DNA from: a virus
Lineage: Duplodnaviria > Caudoviricetes
Virus record (IMG/VR): IMGVR_UViG_3300030493_000026
Span: 1 to 44,691 of that record
Direction: 5' to 3' (one strand)
Length of the DNA: 44,691 nt
Below the pieces are notes generated by a model. That model saw nothing but the letters and a program-made list of their open reading frames with translations. It ran no database searches and was not told the DNA's origin. This document shows positions 10,026-20,380 of this stretch, one piece after another (within the stretch, counting starts at the first letter, position 1; each line of letters starts with the position of its first letter). The position numbers and the translations under genes are program-made.

Positions 10026-12745
10026 TCCTTCCTCCCTACATTTGGTCGCTTGACTGATTGTACCACATTCACAAAGGTCTGGTCACTCTTTTTTAACGCC
10101 TCGATGTCTATGGGTTTCCAGTTGAGCTTCTGTTGCTCGAATGGTGTCTGCTCCTCGACTATCATCTGTACGAGCTCGTCAACGCGCTTCTGTCCGATAT
10201 CCTCTACCGCCTGCGCTATCTCGGCTTCAGCCTGCTTCGCGGACTCTGCAATCTGCGATCTGGTTCCTTGGACAGTACCCGGGGTTGTCGCTCCTAGTTT
10301 GCGCTCCCTTGGGGAAGGTATGCGCTGTCCGGCTCCATCGTCAGTGACGGTAGGCTTGGGAGCGTTGAAGGTTTTCGCGTTCTCTATGATGATCGCATTG
10401 GCAACCACATTCGCTTCCTGCATGTTCTCCACGGGTAGCTCGGACTGCAATATCTCGCTGGCTATCTCGGAACGGCTGGTGAGGTCGATACCGCTTGCCA
10501 TGATGGACTTGACCTCGCTGGCCAGATTGCGCTTCACGCTGTCCTGCATATAGCTTTGCGAAGTCTGCTCGGTAAGTGTACGGCTTGTATCCATCGGTCT
10601 GGTAGCGACTTCATCAACGGTAAACTGGTTTGCTTCTGGTGGTGCTGTTTTAGGCTGTACTACCTTCATTTGCTGTGGAGTAGGCCCGAATCCACCAGTG
10701 CCGAATGTCTGCGCAACTTCGGGTGCAAGTGGCTGTTGTGTGATGGGGTCTTGTCCGATTGGTACGGGCTTTTTATCAGGGGTCTGCAGTTCCTTGGGCG
10801 CGTACTGCCAGTTCACCAAATCAGAGCTGGTCATGAGGTTCTTGCCCTCGAATGTGTAGTATCCGTCCTTTGCTTGGAACACGGGTTTTGCAATCGCGTC
10901 CACGGGATTCCCTGCGTTGTCGAATATCGGCATGGGCATGTATGCGGTAACGTCTATGCCACGTTTTCCAAGTTCCATACTGATAGCCAATGACGCTTGA
11001 TCGAATGTCGCCTCCATCGCGGGATTGGCCCATGTCTGGTTTCCTTTGTAGTCGATGTATACGGGGTCTACCGTGCCAAAGGTGTCCAGTTGCTTCATAG
11101 CCGAGTCAAACGTGCCTGCGGTGGTTTCCATAACGGTTGCGGTGGAGATGACATCCATTTCCTTTGAGGTGTATAGCCGTATGATGTTGTTCATGCTCTC
11201 GCGGAAAATCGCTGGACTCACACCCTCGCTTTGCAACGCTAGGTCTACAAACTGCCCTGCGGCGAACATCTGCGCGTCTAGGATGCTCTGTTGCTGTTCT
11301 GTCGTGAGGTCGGATATCTTGGATTTCTTATACTTGTCGAGCATGATGTTGGGAAGTGTCGTATTGATGAAGTCATTGGTGTACGGTTTGAGATTCGCGT
11401 GGATTGCATCGGATACGATGTCGTCTATCGCCTTGATGGTCGCGGTCGGGTTATCCTTGGTGTAGCCAGATATCGCGGTGATCGCCTCTATTCCGGTAAT
11501 CTTGCCAAGCTTCGCGCCTGCGACTATCGAGTTGATGTTGTCCGTGACTTCCTGCGAGTATGCCTTGGTTCCTGCCACGCTCATATCGCTCAATGTCTTG
11601 TCGTAGGTGGAAAGCACCTGCGCCTTGGTGGATGCTATGCCTTCGTAGATGTACGAGCGTTCTCCGCTGGCGATCGATTCCCGCTGTGCCTTGAGGTTGT
11701 CGTAGGAAAGCTTGCTATCCGATTCCCAGTTCTCGGTGGTGAGATTGTTCGCCCATTCGATGTGCGATGCCCTAGCCGCGTCCATAGCCGCCTGCCTACG
11801 GTCGATAGGCATTGACTTGGTCGCCTGCTCTATCTGCTGATACAGTGCCGATGGAACCTGCCCAGCCTCAAGTCCGGTTGACATGGCGTTCTGCGCGTTG
11901 GTCTGCGCCGCGATGGTGGCGGTCTGCGATGCCTTGGACGCATTGGATACGATGGTCTGCACCTGCGTTTGAGTCATGCCCTCTATGCTTTGAGCGTACT
12001 CCAAAGCCTTGCCGATACCCTCACTCTTAGCAAGCGTGGTCGCCATTGCATCGGCCCTGCCGTAGTCGACCTGCTTCTGGTAGTTGTACAGCGCGACTTG
12101 CTTTTGGGCTGTTGAGAGGTCTGAACGGGAATTGATAAGCGCCTCGCCGTTGGCGTATCCAGTTCCGGCCTTGATGTCGTTGGCAACTGATATCTCGGCG
12201 TTCATCTCGAATGAGGCGTTGGTGTCGGCTAGGTATTTCTCTGCGGCATTTTTTAGGACGTTTGAATCACTGGATGCGAAAATGTTCTGAAGTTGTTGCT
12301 TCTCGTAATCCTTGACTACCTTGGATTTTTTAGATGCGTCTATCTCAGCAAGCTTTGATGCCTGGTATTCCTTGAGTTCTGGCGAAAGCTGGATGTCTGC
12401 CTTTCCATCCTCGAATGACACGCTGGTTGTGTTGTTGAGAATCGCTTCCATCGCCATTTCGTTGTACTGGCTTCCGGTGGTAAGAAGATTGGTCTTTGCC
12501 TTCTCCAAATCCGCTTGGTCTTTGATGTCGCTGAAAGTCTGCGCCACGTTCAATCCAAGCTTCGCCGCGTCCAATACCGTACCTGCGATCAGGTTGGCTT
12601 TATTTAGGTCGAGTTGCTGTTGCTGAAGCTTGAACGACTCTGGGATAAGCTGGCTCTGCTGTGCGCTTACCTCTGCCTGCTTCACTCCGAATTTGGCGTT
12701 GGTGGCTGTGAACAGCGGGGAATAATCAAGACTCGGTATTTTCAC
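10022..12745 (-). CDS. Internal virion (ejection) protein, 907 aa
   Basis: Long helical Ala/Gln-rich ORF in the T7 gp15-like position. Confidence 0.65.
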   Translation of the reverse strand: MKIPSLDYSPLFTATNAKFGVKQAEVSAQQSQLIPESFKLQQQQLDLNKANLIAGTVLDAAKLGLNVAQTFSDIKDQADLEKAKTNLLTTGSQYNEMAMEAILNNTTSVSFEDGKADIQLSPELKEYQASKLAEIDASKKSKVVKDYEKQQLQNIFASSDSNVLKNAAEKYLADTNASFEMNAEISVANDIKAGTGYANGEALINSRSDLSTAQKQVALYNYQKQVDYGRADAMATTLAKSEGIGKALEYAQSIEGMTQTQVQTIVSNASKASQTATIAAQTNAQNAMSTGLEAGQVPSALYQQIEQATKSMPIDRRQAAMDAARASHIEWANNLTTENWESDSKLSYDNLKAQRESIASGERSYIYEGIASTKAQVLSTYDKTLSDMSVAGTKAYSQEVTDNINSIVAGAKLGKITGIEAITAISGYTKDNPTATIKAIDDIVSDAIHANLKPYTNDFINTTLPNIMLDKYKKSKISDLTTEQQQSILDAQMFAAGQFVDLALQSEGVSPAIFRESMNNIIRLYTSKEMDVISTATVMETTAGTFDSAMKQLDTFGTVDPVYIDYKGNQTWANPAMEATFDQASLAISMELGKRGIDVTAYMPMPIFDNAGNPVDAIAKPVFQAKDGYYTFEGKNLMTSSDLVNWQYAPKELQTPDKKPVPIGQDPITQQPLAPEVAQTFGTGGFGPTPQQMKVVQPKTAPPEANQFTVDEVATRPMDTSRTLTEQTSQSYMQDSVKRNLASEVKSIMASGIDLTSRSEIASEILQSELPVENMQEANVVANAIIIENAKTFNAPKPTVTDDGAGQRIPSPRERKLGATTPGTVQGTRSQIAESAKQAEAEIAQAVEDIGQKRVDELVQMIVEEQTPFEQQKLNWKPIDIEALKKSDQTFVNVVQSVKRPNVGRKD

Positions 12746-13368
12746 AGCCCGGCCTCCCTTTTCAGTTGGTCTACGAGCGATTGTTGGGTCTGTATCTGCG
12801 GGGTGTATCCTGCGTGTGATGTTCTTAAAGATGCAAGGGAAGTGTTGAGAATGCCTATCTGCCCTGTTGCCTGTGTTTTCTGAGCGGTCAAGTCAAGTGA
12901 AAGTTCTGATAGTTTCTGTCCAAAGATTCCACCGAATGCGTCCACCGTCATATCCTCACCGAACATGGTCTTGATATCCGATTGCTTCTGCTTGGAAACG
13001 AGCGATGAAGAGCCTTTCGTGCCACGGGCCGATGCCATGACCTCGGATATCGCGAAATTCTCAGCCAATTGCTGGAACTGTTGTTTTCCTTCCAATAACG
13101 CGCTTTCTTTTTGTAGTTGTTCGTAGGCTGGGTAGCGTTCCATGAACTGCTCGTACTCTGATACCTGTCCTTCGGTTGCCGCAATGGTGTTGCCGATGTT
13201 CTCCTGCTGTTGCTGAAGGCTTAACAGCGTGGAGGTTGCGTTTCCGTAGGCTTCCTTCTTCTGTAAGTCCAAGCCTTCTTGGTTGATATCCTGTTGCTTG
13301 GAGCCTGAAAATACATTCCAAACCAGTCCTGCCCCTGCTATCAAAGCCGATGCGATCAACCATCCCAT
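12742..13368 (-). CDS. Internal virion protein (gp14-like position)
   Basis: Hydrophobic N-terminus followed by a Gln-rich helical body; directly after tail tubular B. Confidence 0.6.
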   Translation of the reverse strand: MGWLIASALIAGAGLVWNVFSGSKQQDINQEGLDLQKKEAYGNATSTLLSLQQQQENIGNTIAATEGQVSEYEQFMERYPAYEQLQKESALLEGKQQFQQLAENFAISEVMASARGTKGSSSLVSKQKQSDIKTMFGEDMTVDAFGGIFGQKLSELSLDLTAQKTQATGQIGILNTSLASLRTSHAGYTPQIQTQQSLVDQLKREAGL

Positions 13369-13369
13369 G

Positions 13370-15277
13370 TTACGCCTCCATCACTTTATACCGCGTCATG
13401 ACGGCAAGCACATTGAACGGCAACGGTCTGTCTGCCACGATATACACCCGTCCGTCATTGGTGATGTATGATGGTATATCGGTGTTCCTGTCGCCTGTCA
13501 CCAATGGTATCGGTTGTCCAAACACATACGAGCCTCCGCGCATCTCGATAATTGGCCGTAGATTGTCAAGGTCTGTTCCCACTTGTCCACCAAGGCTCTC
13601 GTAGAAACGGATGGTCTGTTTCTCGACCTGCCTGTTCTTGCCTTGCGATGTGCCGTTCGCTGGTAGTTCCGGTCTAAGTATCCTGAAGCGTGAGTATATC
13701 GGAATACCGACCGTGATATCAGCAACACTTCTGTCATAAGTTACCGCACCGCTTGCGACAATTTCTTCGGATATTATGGAGTTATCTGCAAGTGCGTCAA
13801 CCGTGTAGCCTTCCAAATGCGATAAGCCTGTGACGGTGTACTGCTTCTCCCATTTGGTGAGCCAGTCCGTACCGACTTCCGGTTCATCGTCAGCGGCAAC
13901 CGAGGTATGTGTGGCAAGGCATTTGTACGTTCCCCGGGTCACCACATAGCCGTTGGTGTCGTAGGTGATATGGGATATCAAATCATCTGCGGTATAGTCC
14001 TCATCGTCAGCCCAAGCATCGTGGGTGATGTTGATCGCGCAATCCACGTACCAAGCATCTGAGATGCTGTCTATGAATATCATGGTCATGTACTCTACCG
14101 TTCTGATGGAGCCACGCTTGACAGACAGCCAGAGGATATCCTCGGTGCTTCGTCCGATAGCCACCGATTCAACCACTGCTCCTTCGCCCATGTGATGGAT
14201 TGCCCAAGCAACGACTCCGTTTTGCAAGTCGATGGTACAGCTCCGTAGAACGCCGTCAGCGCACACCACCCAAATGATAGGGTCTGGATATGCCATGATG
14301 GCGAATGACACAATGCCGCTTGAAAGCATGTGCGATGCGTCCTTGGATAGGTCGATGTCCATGAATCCCTGCGCTGAGTCGCTGTAGGCAATGGCGTGGA
14401 GTGACTTCCCGCCGATTCCGGCATATACTATCAGATTGTCCATAGCCTGCGCCTGTAGGGCACTGGTTCCCGTGTAGAGCGTAGGTGACATGTCGAATGT
14501 GGCAGGGGTTGGGATGTCACCACTATCCATCCATATCGAGCGTCCCGTGCCTGCTACGAGTCTGTTGAGGGCTATGAGCCAGTTGAGCTTGCTACCGAAT
14601 AGGTCTGTTTCCTGAAGGTATATCGCATGGGTGGCAAGTACGGTTCCGTCAACCTCTGAAAACGTGAAGTTAATATAGTCGTCCCATGTACCATCGAATG
14701 AAAGGGTACGTGAAGCGTATATCGCGTTTGGTTTCGATGCTGTTCCACCAAGGTACAGTCGCCCTCCCATGATGGCGATGCAGGATGGGATATCGGTGCT
14801 GGTAAAGTCGATGTCGCCTGCGAATATCACTGAGGTGATTGTCCATGTACCTGATGCGACTTTCAGCAGATATACAGGGTGGTTTTTATGCACCAGATAC
14901 ATGTTGCCGGACACCGATGCATATTTTATGTCGTACAATTCGGCCTCTAGATACACGCTCACTAGTTCCTCTGGGCTTGCTCCGTCTAGCACCAATGCGT
15001 ACGTGCTATCCCAGATACGGATAAGCTTGTCGGTGAACTCAAGCATGAAATACTCGCCTGTGCTGGACAGGTAGGGGATGAACACGGCCTTCTTGCTGGT
15101 CTTGGTGATACCCGCATAGCGTGTTCCCGGCCTGCGCTTGAGTCCACCTTGGCGTATGGGAAGGAAGTTCCAGCATTCGGATAATCCCGTCTGGTAGCGC
15201 GCGCTGGATACGTTGCCCTCCATCAACGGAGATATCTCACCACTGATGAAGTTGTTCTGTATGACGGTGTAGTTCAT
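13370..15277 (-). CDS. Tail tubular protein B / nozzle
   Basis: NNFISGEISP, NFLPIRQGGLKRRPGT and VVAW..H motifs typical of T7 gp12/P22 gp10-like nozzles. Confidence 0.9.
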   Translation of the reverse strand: MNYTVIQNNFISGEISPLMEGNVSSARYQTGLSECWNFLPIRQGGLKRRPGTRYAGITKTSKKAVFIPYLSSTGEYFMLEFTDKLIRIWDSTYALVLDGASPEELVSVYLEAELYDIKYASVSGNMYLVHKNHPVYLLKVASGTWTITSVIFAGDIDFTSTDIPSCIAIMGGRLYLGGTASKPNAIYASRTLSFDGTWDDYINFTFSEVDGTVLATHAIYLQETDLFGSKLNWLIALNRLVAGTGRSIWMDSGDIPTPATFDMSPTLYTGTSALQAQAMDNLIVYAGIGGKSLHAIAYSDSAQGFMDIDLSKDASHMLSSGIVSFAIMAYPDPIIWVVCADGVLRSCTIDLQNGVVAWAIHHMGEGAVVESVAIGRSTEDILWLSVKRGSIRTVEYMTMIFIDSISDAWYVDCAINITHDAWADDEDYTADDLISHITYDTNGYVVTRGTYKCLATHTSVAADDEPEVGTDWLTKWEKQYTVTGLSHLEGYTVDALADNSIISEEIVASGAVTYDRSVADITVGIPIYSRFRILRPELPANGTSQGKNRQVEKQTIRFYESLGGQVGTDLDNLRPIIEMRGGSYVFGQPIPLVTGDRNTDIPSYITNDGRVYIVADRPLPFNVLAVMTRYKVMEA

Positions 15278-15837
15278 CGCAAGTCCTCGTAGAACGATTC
15301 AGCGGGTGTTTGGTACACCCCTGCGTTGTCGTCTATCTTCGCTCGTTCCAATGCTATCTGGTACTCTCCCAAGAGCCGTTGCGCCATGCTCTCGTTGCTT
15401 GACATTGGCGTTGACAGCAGGAAAGCAAGGAAGGTCACGAGCAGGTGCGAGATGTACCCGGGTATGAATGTCGCCTCGATGGGATACGCTATGTAGGTAA
15501 TGTATAGATCCTCATCGTTGCTTAAAATTGTCTGTCCTTCCAAGCTGTACTCGTTCTCGGTGTCCACCGATATCAGCCGTGCGAAGTCGCTGGGTAGCTG
15601 GAAGGCGTAGTCCCATTCGTAGATGGGGTCTGTTTCCAATGGAGCCAATTGGATGCGCTTTCTCGCACTTCTCCAATCATACTGTCCGTACACGCTCTGC
15701 ACCGCTTCCGGTAGGAGCTTAGAGCAGTACAGGGAAGCTGTTGAGCCTTCATCCAATGAGGATATCGACTGTGTGCCGATTCTGGCAAGAGCGCGGTTCG
15801 CGATGGATACCCACTGGTTCTGCATGAGAAGTGGCAT
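15274..15837 (-). CDS. Tail tubular protein A / adaptor
   Basis: IANRALARIG..SISSL, YDWRSARKR..L and YAFQLPSDF motifs. Confidence 0.9.
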   Translation of the reverse strand: MPLLMQNQWVSIANRALARIGTQSISSLDEGSTASLYCSKLLPEAVQSVYGQYDWRSARKRIQLAPLETDPIYEWDYAFQLPSDFARLISVDTENEYSLEGQTILSNDEDLYITYIAYPIEATFIPGYISHLLVTFLAFLLSTPMSSNESMAQRLLGEYQIALERAKIDDNAGVYQTPAESFYEDLR

Positions 15838-15999
15838 TTACGCCCCCTTTTTCTTCGGTTCCGTGCTGGTAAAGAAATCAATGACATGCACCTTGGTAAG
15901 AATCTCGATATCCTTTGACGACAGGTCGTATTCCTGTCCCTCGGTGTAGGTCTTGGCGGTGTTCGATTCAAATACGCTTCTGTTGCACAGGTATTTCAT
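15838..15999 (-). CDS. Small hypothetical protein (53 aa, MKYLCNRSVF...KKKGA), not in the ORF track
   Basis: GGAG RBS; fills the gap between the cement and adaptor genes; TAA directly abuts the next ATG. Confidence 0.65.
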   Translation of the reverse strand: MKYLCNRSVFESNTAKTYTEGQEYDLSSKDIEILTKVHVIDFFTSTEPKKKGA

Positions 16000-16009
16000 T
16001 TCCACTCCA

Positions 16010-16037
16010 AAGGAAGGCAGGGGTGTTGCCCCCTGCC
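16010..16037 (-). terminator. GC-rich hairpin after the capsid/cement genes, probably a partial terminator
   Basis: GGCAGGGG/CCCCTGCC 8-bp stem with a weak U tail. Confidence 0.5.
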
Positions 16038-16044
16038 AGTGATG

Positions 16045-16446
16045 TTACACGGTCTTGTTCGCGCCGGGTTCCAAAAACGCGGTGATGATGGTTTCGGTCA
16101 GCGTTCCGCTCGAGTTTGGGTACGCCTTGATGCGCACATACCGGCGGTGCTGGGCTGGAAGCTGAAGGTTGCCGATCTTGCTGGCGATGGTCGGTGCGGC
16201 GACAGTGGGTCCACTGATGAGGTCAGCAAAGGTACTATCGTCAGCGCTGTCTTGAATCGTAATGGCAACGGTGTCAGCGGCGTTGAAGTCAGTGGCGGCA
16301 AGCACCACCAAGTCCATGGGCTTGTCCATGCCTGTAGTGTGGTTTGTGTATGCCGAGAATGCCCCGAAGTCCAATGCTTGGCTGTAGACCGCTGTGGTCT
16401 TGGTTGCAAGGGTCATAGATCCAAAATCCAAAAGTCCGTCTTTCAT
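16045..16446 (-). CDS. Capsid cement/decoration protein (BPP-1 Bbp16-like)
   Basis: Follows the capsid gene; D.LL.F...S.ALD.G...IQDSADDSTF.DL...LP...RRYVR pattern. Confidence 0.8.
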   Translation of the reverse strand: MKDGLLDFGSMTLATKTTAVYSQALDFGAFSAYTNHTTGMDKPMDLVVLAATDFNAADTVAITIQDSADDSTFADLISGPTVAAPTIASKIGNLQLPAQHRRYVRIKAYPNSSGTLTETIITAFLEPGANKTV

Positions 16447-16456
16447 GTCTTTCTCC

Positions 16457-17425
16457 TTACGCGGTCAACGCGGTTTCGGTGTCTACGATGGATTCCCACA
16501 TGAGGATGGGAACCGATGCCACTCTCGCCACGGGACCGAAGCCCTCGATATCTGCCAGTGAGTAGGCGGCGTTGCTCTTATCGTACGCGGCGGCCTCTAT
16601 TTGCCCCTTGAGGGTGCGGTTGCAGAATCCAACAGCATTGCGTCCGGCGTTCGGTAGCACATTCTTAAACTTGATGAACGTGGTTGAGCTGAACGTGTTG
16701 GAAGTCCCTGCGGTCTCGATGTTGGCGTATCTGAGCATCGCCCGTTGGTCACGAAGTTCCATGGCGGCGAGAATCTGATAGTGCCGTACGTATGCCCAAT
16801 AGTTTCCGCTTCCAGTCGGGGCGGTCAGGCTATGCAGTCCCAAATCCTCGTTCTTGATTCCCGGCATTCCCTGATCGCTGTATCTAAGGTTGAATCCGGT
16901 TGGGCCAAACTCGAACAGCCACAAGGAAGTGAGGTCGCTTCCGGTTCCGCTACCACCTACGCAATAGGTGTTCAAAGAGGCTCTGCGCTGTGCAAGTCCC
17001 CTGAATCCTGCTGGGGTAGTGGTGTCGTTGCAATACATGAGCTGGTATTCCCAACCCTGCATGAAGCCCTCAAGATTGAGCGCGTCCTCGGAGTCGCGTA
17101 CCTTCACGGGGTCTTTCGCGGTATCCACGATGCGCCTGTCGATTGCAGAATCGCCCTCGTAGATTTTGATTGGTTCGGTCGCTTCGTCGGTAGTCGATGA
17201 GATTTTTCCAACAGGTGCGTTTGCGGTTCCAAACGATCCAGTCCCGAGTCTGGTTGCCTGAAGGTATTTATGGAAGATTCCATCGGATGCTGGCATCCAA
17301 GGACAGGCGGCCATGAAGTCGTGCTTCTTCATAAGTTCGCCAATGACATTTGCCGCTGAGTCGTATCCAGCCCGTTTTATGGCCTCTGCCAAGGTCATGT
17401 TGGCGTATGTGGTCAATGTAGACAT
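16457..17425 (-). CDS. Major capsid protein (BPP-1-like, HK97 fold)
   Basis: 322 aa after the scaffold; MTLAE...ELM.K....PW, F.GLAQR, GG.G.GSDLTSLW and LRYANIE patterns. Confidence 0.88.
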   Translation of the reverse strand: MSTLTTYANMTLAEAIKRAGYDSAANVIGELMKKHDFMAACPWMPASDGIFHKYLQATRLGTGSFGTANAPVGKISSTTDEATEPIKIYEGDSAIDRRIVDTAKDPVKVRDSEDALNLEGFMQGWEYQLMYCNDTTTPAGFRGLAQRRASLNTYCVGGSGTGSDLTSLWLFEFGPTGFNLRYSDQGMPGIKNEDLGLHSLTAPTGSGNYWAYVRHYQILAAMELRDQRAMLRYANIETAGTSNTFSSTTFIKFKNVLPNAGRNAVGFCNRTLKGQIEAAAYDKSNAAYSLADIEGFGPVARVASVPILMWESIVDTETALTA

Positions 17426-17610
17426 AGCTTAATCCTTTTCGTGCTGGCTCCCGTATCCGTCCTGTCCCCAACTCCGTTGCACTCGGGTTACTCCCTACTC
17501 GGTTTCGCTATGCCCTTTCACTGGTCTATTCTCGGTCGTTCCAGCGTGTAATATCAACCTCAACGAGGTTGTTTGTATCATAACACAACGCTATCACCTA
17601 AACAATAGCG

Positions 17611-18381
17611 TTATTTTCTGCTGTTCACCAGACGCATGAAATCCTCGGAATAATCACCCATGGTTCCGATGGTCTTGGGGTCTGTCTTGTTCTGCTTTCC
17701 GTTCACCAGTCCACCCGGGCCTTTGTCGCGCTCGTCCTTGGCGATTGCCAGCACGATAGCGGGGTCAAGATGCAGTCCCTTTGCCTCGAGCGTCTTGGCA
17801 AGCCCGGTGCGCTCTGCAAAGGCGTTGTACAGGTTGATTGATTCGGTAGCAACCTCGTCACGCGCGTTTTTTTCTGGATACTCCTTCTCTAGTGCCGAAG
17901 CAAGCCGTGCCGGGAAGGTCTGTTTTTGCGCTTCCGCTTGTGCCTTCTGTCCATCGGTTCCCGCCTTGATGATACCACTTATCATGTCCCATTGCTTTTT
18001 GGCTTGGGTCTTGGTGAGTCCGCTTTTGAGCGCGTTCTCGCGGAACATGGCCTCTAGTTGCTTGCCCTCGGTTTCCGGCAGTCCCTTGGTGTCCAGCTCG
18101 TAGTCCTTATGGTCTTTGGGAACGCCCATCTTGTCGTAGAACGCCCTCACCTGTTCCTCGGTTGCGCCTTCGCCCGGAATCTCAATGGCATTCTCCATGC
18201 GCTTATGGGTAGCTATGAGGTCGTCACCGACTTCAGTGATGGTCTTGTGCTTTCCCACGTACTTTTTATAATCCTCGCTGTCGCGCTTGGTCGGCTCCAC
18301 CTGTGAGAAAAACTTCGGTGCTTCCCATGCTCCTGCCTGATCGCCTTCACCTTCGTAGAATATCCGTAAATCCCTATTCAA
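17611..18381 (-). CDS. Capsid scaffolding/assembly protein
   Basis: Between portal and capsid; IPGE.A..EQ.RAFYDKMGVP....YEL and GLTKTQA motifs. Confidence 0.8.
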   Translation of the reverse strand: MNRDLRIFYEGEGDQAGAWEAPKFFSQVEPTKRDSEDYKKYVGKHKTITEVGDDLIATHKRMENAIEIPGEGATEEQVRAFYDKMGVPKDHKDYELDTKGLPETEGKQLEAMFRENALKSGLTKTQAKKQWDMISGIIKAGTDGQKAQAEAQKQTFPARLASALEKEYPEKNARDEVATESINLYNAFAERTGLAKTLEAKGLHLDPAIVLAIAKDERDKGPGGLVNGKQNKTDPKTIGTMGDYSEDFMRLVNSRK

Positions 18382-18390
18382 ACTGTCCTC

Positions 18391-18699
18391 CTATTTGTCA
18401 AACTCCCACTGATGCTTCAGCGGGTCTTTCTCATTAATCCATGCGTGAATGTCGTCCGTGCTTTTGGATGCCACCACGGCTTTGATGTAGCGTGGTAGGT
18501 TCTCAATGGTGATTATGCCAATCTTGGCCAGCATCCAATTGGCGAACGCGGTCAATTTCGGGGTGATCATGTCTGGGTCTGCTGAGAAGTATCCGAGGTT
18601 GTTCAGCATCTCGGCAAGCACCGATTCACCTTCTGGAGTACCGAACACGGTCTGCCATGTCTGTCTGCTTTTCAACGCCTCTTGCTGTTCTGTCGTCAT
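18391..18699 (-). CDS. Bbp19-like small protein
   Basis: VFGTPEGESVLAEML motif; post-portal position. Confidence 0.7.
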   Translation of the reverse strand: MTTEQQEALKSRQTWQTVFGTPEGESVLAEMLNNLGYFSADPDMITPKLTAFANWMLAKIGIITIENLPRYIKAVVASKSTDDIHAWINEKDPLKHQWEFDK

Positions 18700-18738
18700 A
18701 TCTGCTCCTAGTATACCATAACGTGTTGCATATGCAAC

Positions 18739-20373
18739 CTATTTCTGCATCTGCGCGGTAGCTGAACCAGCCTCTGGGGCCTTGCTTCCCTTGGCGTACA
18801 CATCGGCTCCGGTCTTGGCGGCCTCTAGTTGCATCTGCTGTTGAGCCATCTGCATCTGAAGCTGTGCCCGTGCATCGCGAATTTTCTTGACATCATCGTC
18901 CTTGCGTATCACGCGCTGGTTGACGCTTCCGGCTTCCGCCACTACATCCACGTACTTGTCGATATCCACCTTGTCAAGGATGTCAGGACGAAGATCTGCA
19001 AGCGGAAGAATCTCGGCCATGAACGCCTTAGTGGTTGACAGCTCGTGAGCGCGTTTTTGTATCATCGCAAGCGGGGACACGAAGTCGATAGCAAGGTCTT
19101 TGCCTGCAAGTCCCGCTGGTGGTAGCTCAAGCTTCTTGAATTTGATCTCGGATGCGAACAAGTCCTCCAAGACAGGCTCTAGGAACTCGGTAGCAAGTCT
19201 GCCGAAAAACGAACTAAGCAACGCGCTTTTCTCGTCCTGCAACCCTGCAACCTCGGTCGCTGTTTTCATGCGGTCTATGTTCTCGGTGAGGACAAGGAAA
19301 AAGTCGGAGTAGTAGGTTTCCCGCGTTGCCGACTTCATCTTCTCGATATCGTCCGTGAGCCATGCCAGATTGCCTGTGATGGGCTGTGGTTGGAAGTCCT
19401 GCCCTGCGCGGACATCTATGAGTCCACCGGGGACAAAGTTAACCAACAGCCCTTCTGTGCGCTTGATAGGAGGTCTGGCTGTGAGTTGGCTGATACGGAA
19501 CTTGTCTTTCTGCATACCGTTGAGTTGCTTCGCGTTTGACAGCTCTATCATGCCAGGAGCATCCACTCCCCAAATATCCCCGATGTATGACCGCGCCCAA
19601 CGCCATGCGTAGAACGGCTTGTACTCGAAGCGCTCTTCCTTGATGGGGAACTCGTTGTCTATCTCAGCCCAATAGAGCGACACGTACGGGTCTTTGCCTT
19701 TTATGCTCAGCTTGTATCGGGTTGACGCCCCTACGTAGTGGATGATTTTCCACATCTTGGTCTGCACATCGCAAATTTTGATAAGCTGTGGCAATGGAAG
19801 TCCATCGAAATAGTCCTTGACATCCTCGGTCGATAGCCAGAACTCCCGAAACAGCGTGTCTACCTCTCCGAATGCGTTCTCTTGGATAAGCGCGTTCTTT
19901 GGGTGGAGCGTACGGTAGCAGGGTAGGTTGCGTTTGTTGTTGTTCTCACGAAGCATGATGGCCGTACCGAAGTCAGCACCGCATTTGATGAACGACCTAC
20001 ATTCATCGTAGAAATTGGACTTCGCGAGATCCTTGTACATCAGCTTCTCGCTGTCCTGTAGGTAGGATTTGTACTCGTCCACCGTGTTCAGTTCCTCGGT
20101 TTCATACGCAAGACGGAACCAACTGATAGTGCGTCCACACGCATAGCCTTGGATACCGTCAGCGAGTCGGTTAGAGGCCTTCATAGCCGTATTGTCGAAG
20201 TTTTCCCGTAGGTCAACCATGCCCTCGCTGGTGGGGCTGGAATCAGACCAGTCGCCGTGATAGGGGCTTATCCTACGCGCGATATCGAGCCAGAGGCTGT
20301 CCCATCGCTCCCGTTCGGTCTTGAGTGTTTCACGTACCCGCTGTAGCCGTTGCATCTGCTCTTTCGTTACCAT
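18739..20373 (-). CDS. Portal (head-tail connector), T7/BPP-1 type
   Basis: 544 aa; FDNTA..A...LA.G, SNFY, FGTA, MKTATEV...DEK and FVSPLA motifs. Confidence 0.93.
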   Translation of the reverse strand: MVTKEQMQRLQRVRETLKTERERWDSLWLDIARRISPYHGDWSDSSPTSEGMVDLRENFDNTAMKASNRLADGIQGYACGRTISWFRLAYETEELNTVDEYKSYLQDSEKLMYKDLAKSNFYDECRSFIKCGADFGTAIMLRENNNKRNLPCYRTLHPKNALIQENAFGEVDTLFREFWLSTEDVKDYFDGLPLPQLIKICDVQTKMWKIIHYVGASTRYKLSIKGKDPYVSLYWAEIDNEFPIKEERFEYKPFYAWRWARSYIGDIWGVDAPGMIELSNAKQLNGMQKDKFRISQLTARPPIKRTEGLLVNFVPGGLIDVRAGQDFQPQPITGNLAWLTDDIEKMKSATRETYYSDFFLVLTENIDRMKTATEVAGLQDEKSALLSSFFGRLATEFLEPVLEDLFASEIKFKKLELPPAGLAGKDLAIDFVSPLAMIQKRAHELSTTKAFMAEILPLADLRPDILDKVDIDKYVDVVAEAGSVNQRVIRKDDDVKKIRDARAQLQMQMAQQQMQLEAAKTGADVYAKGSKAPEAGSATAQMQK

Positions 20374-20380
20374 ATGCGCC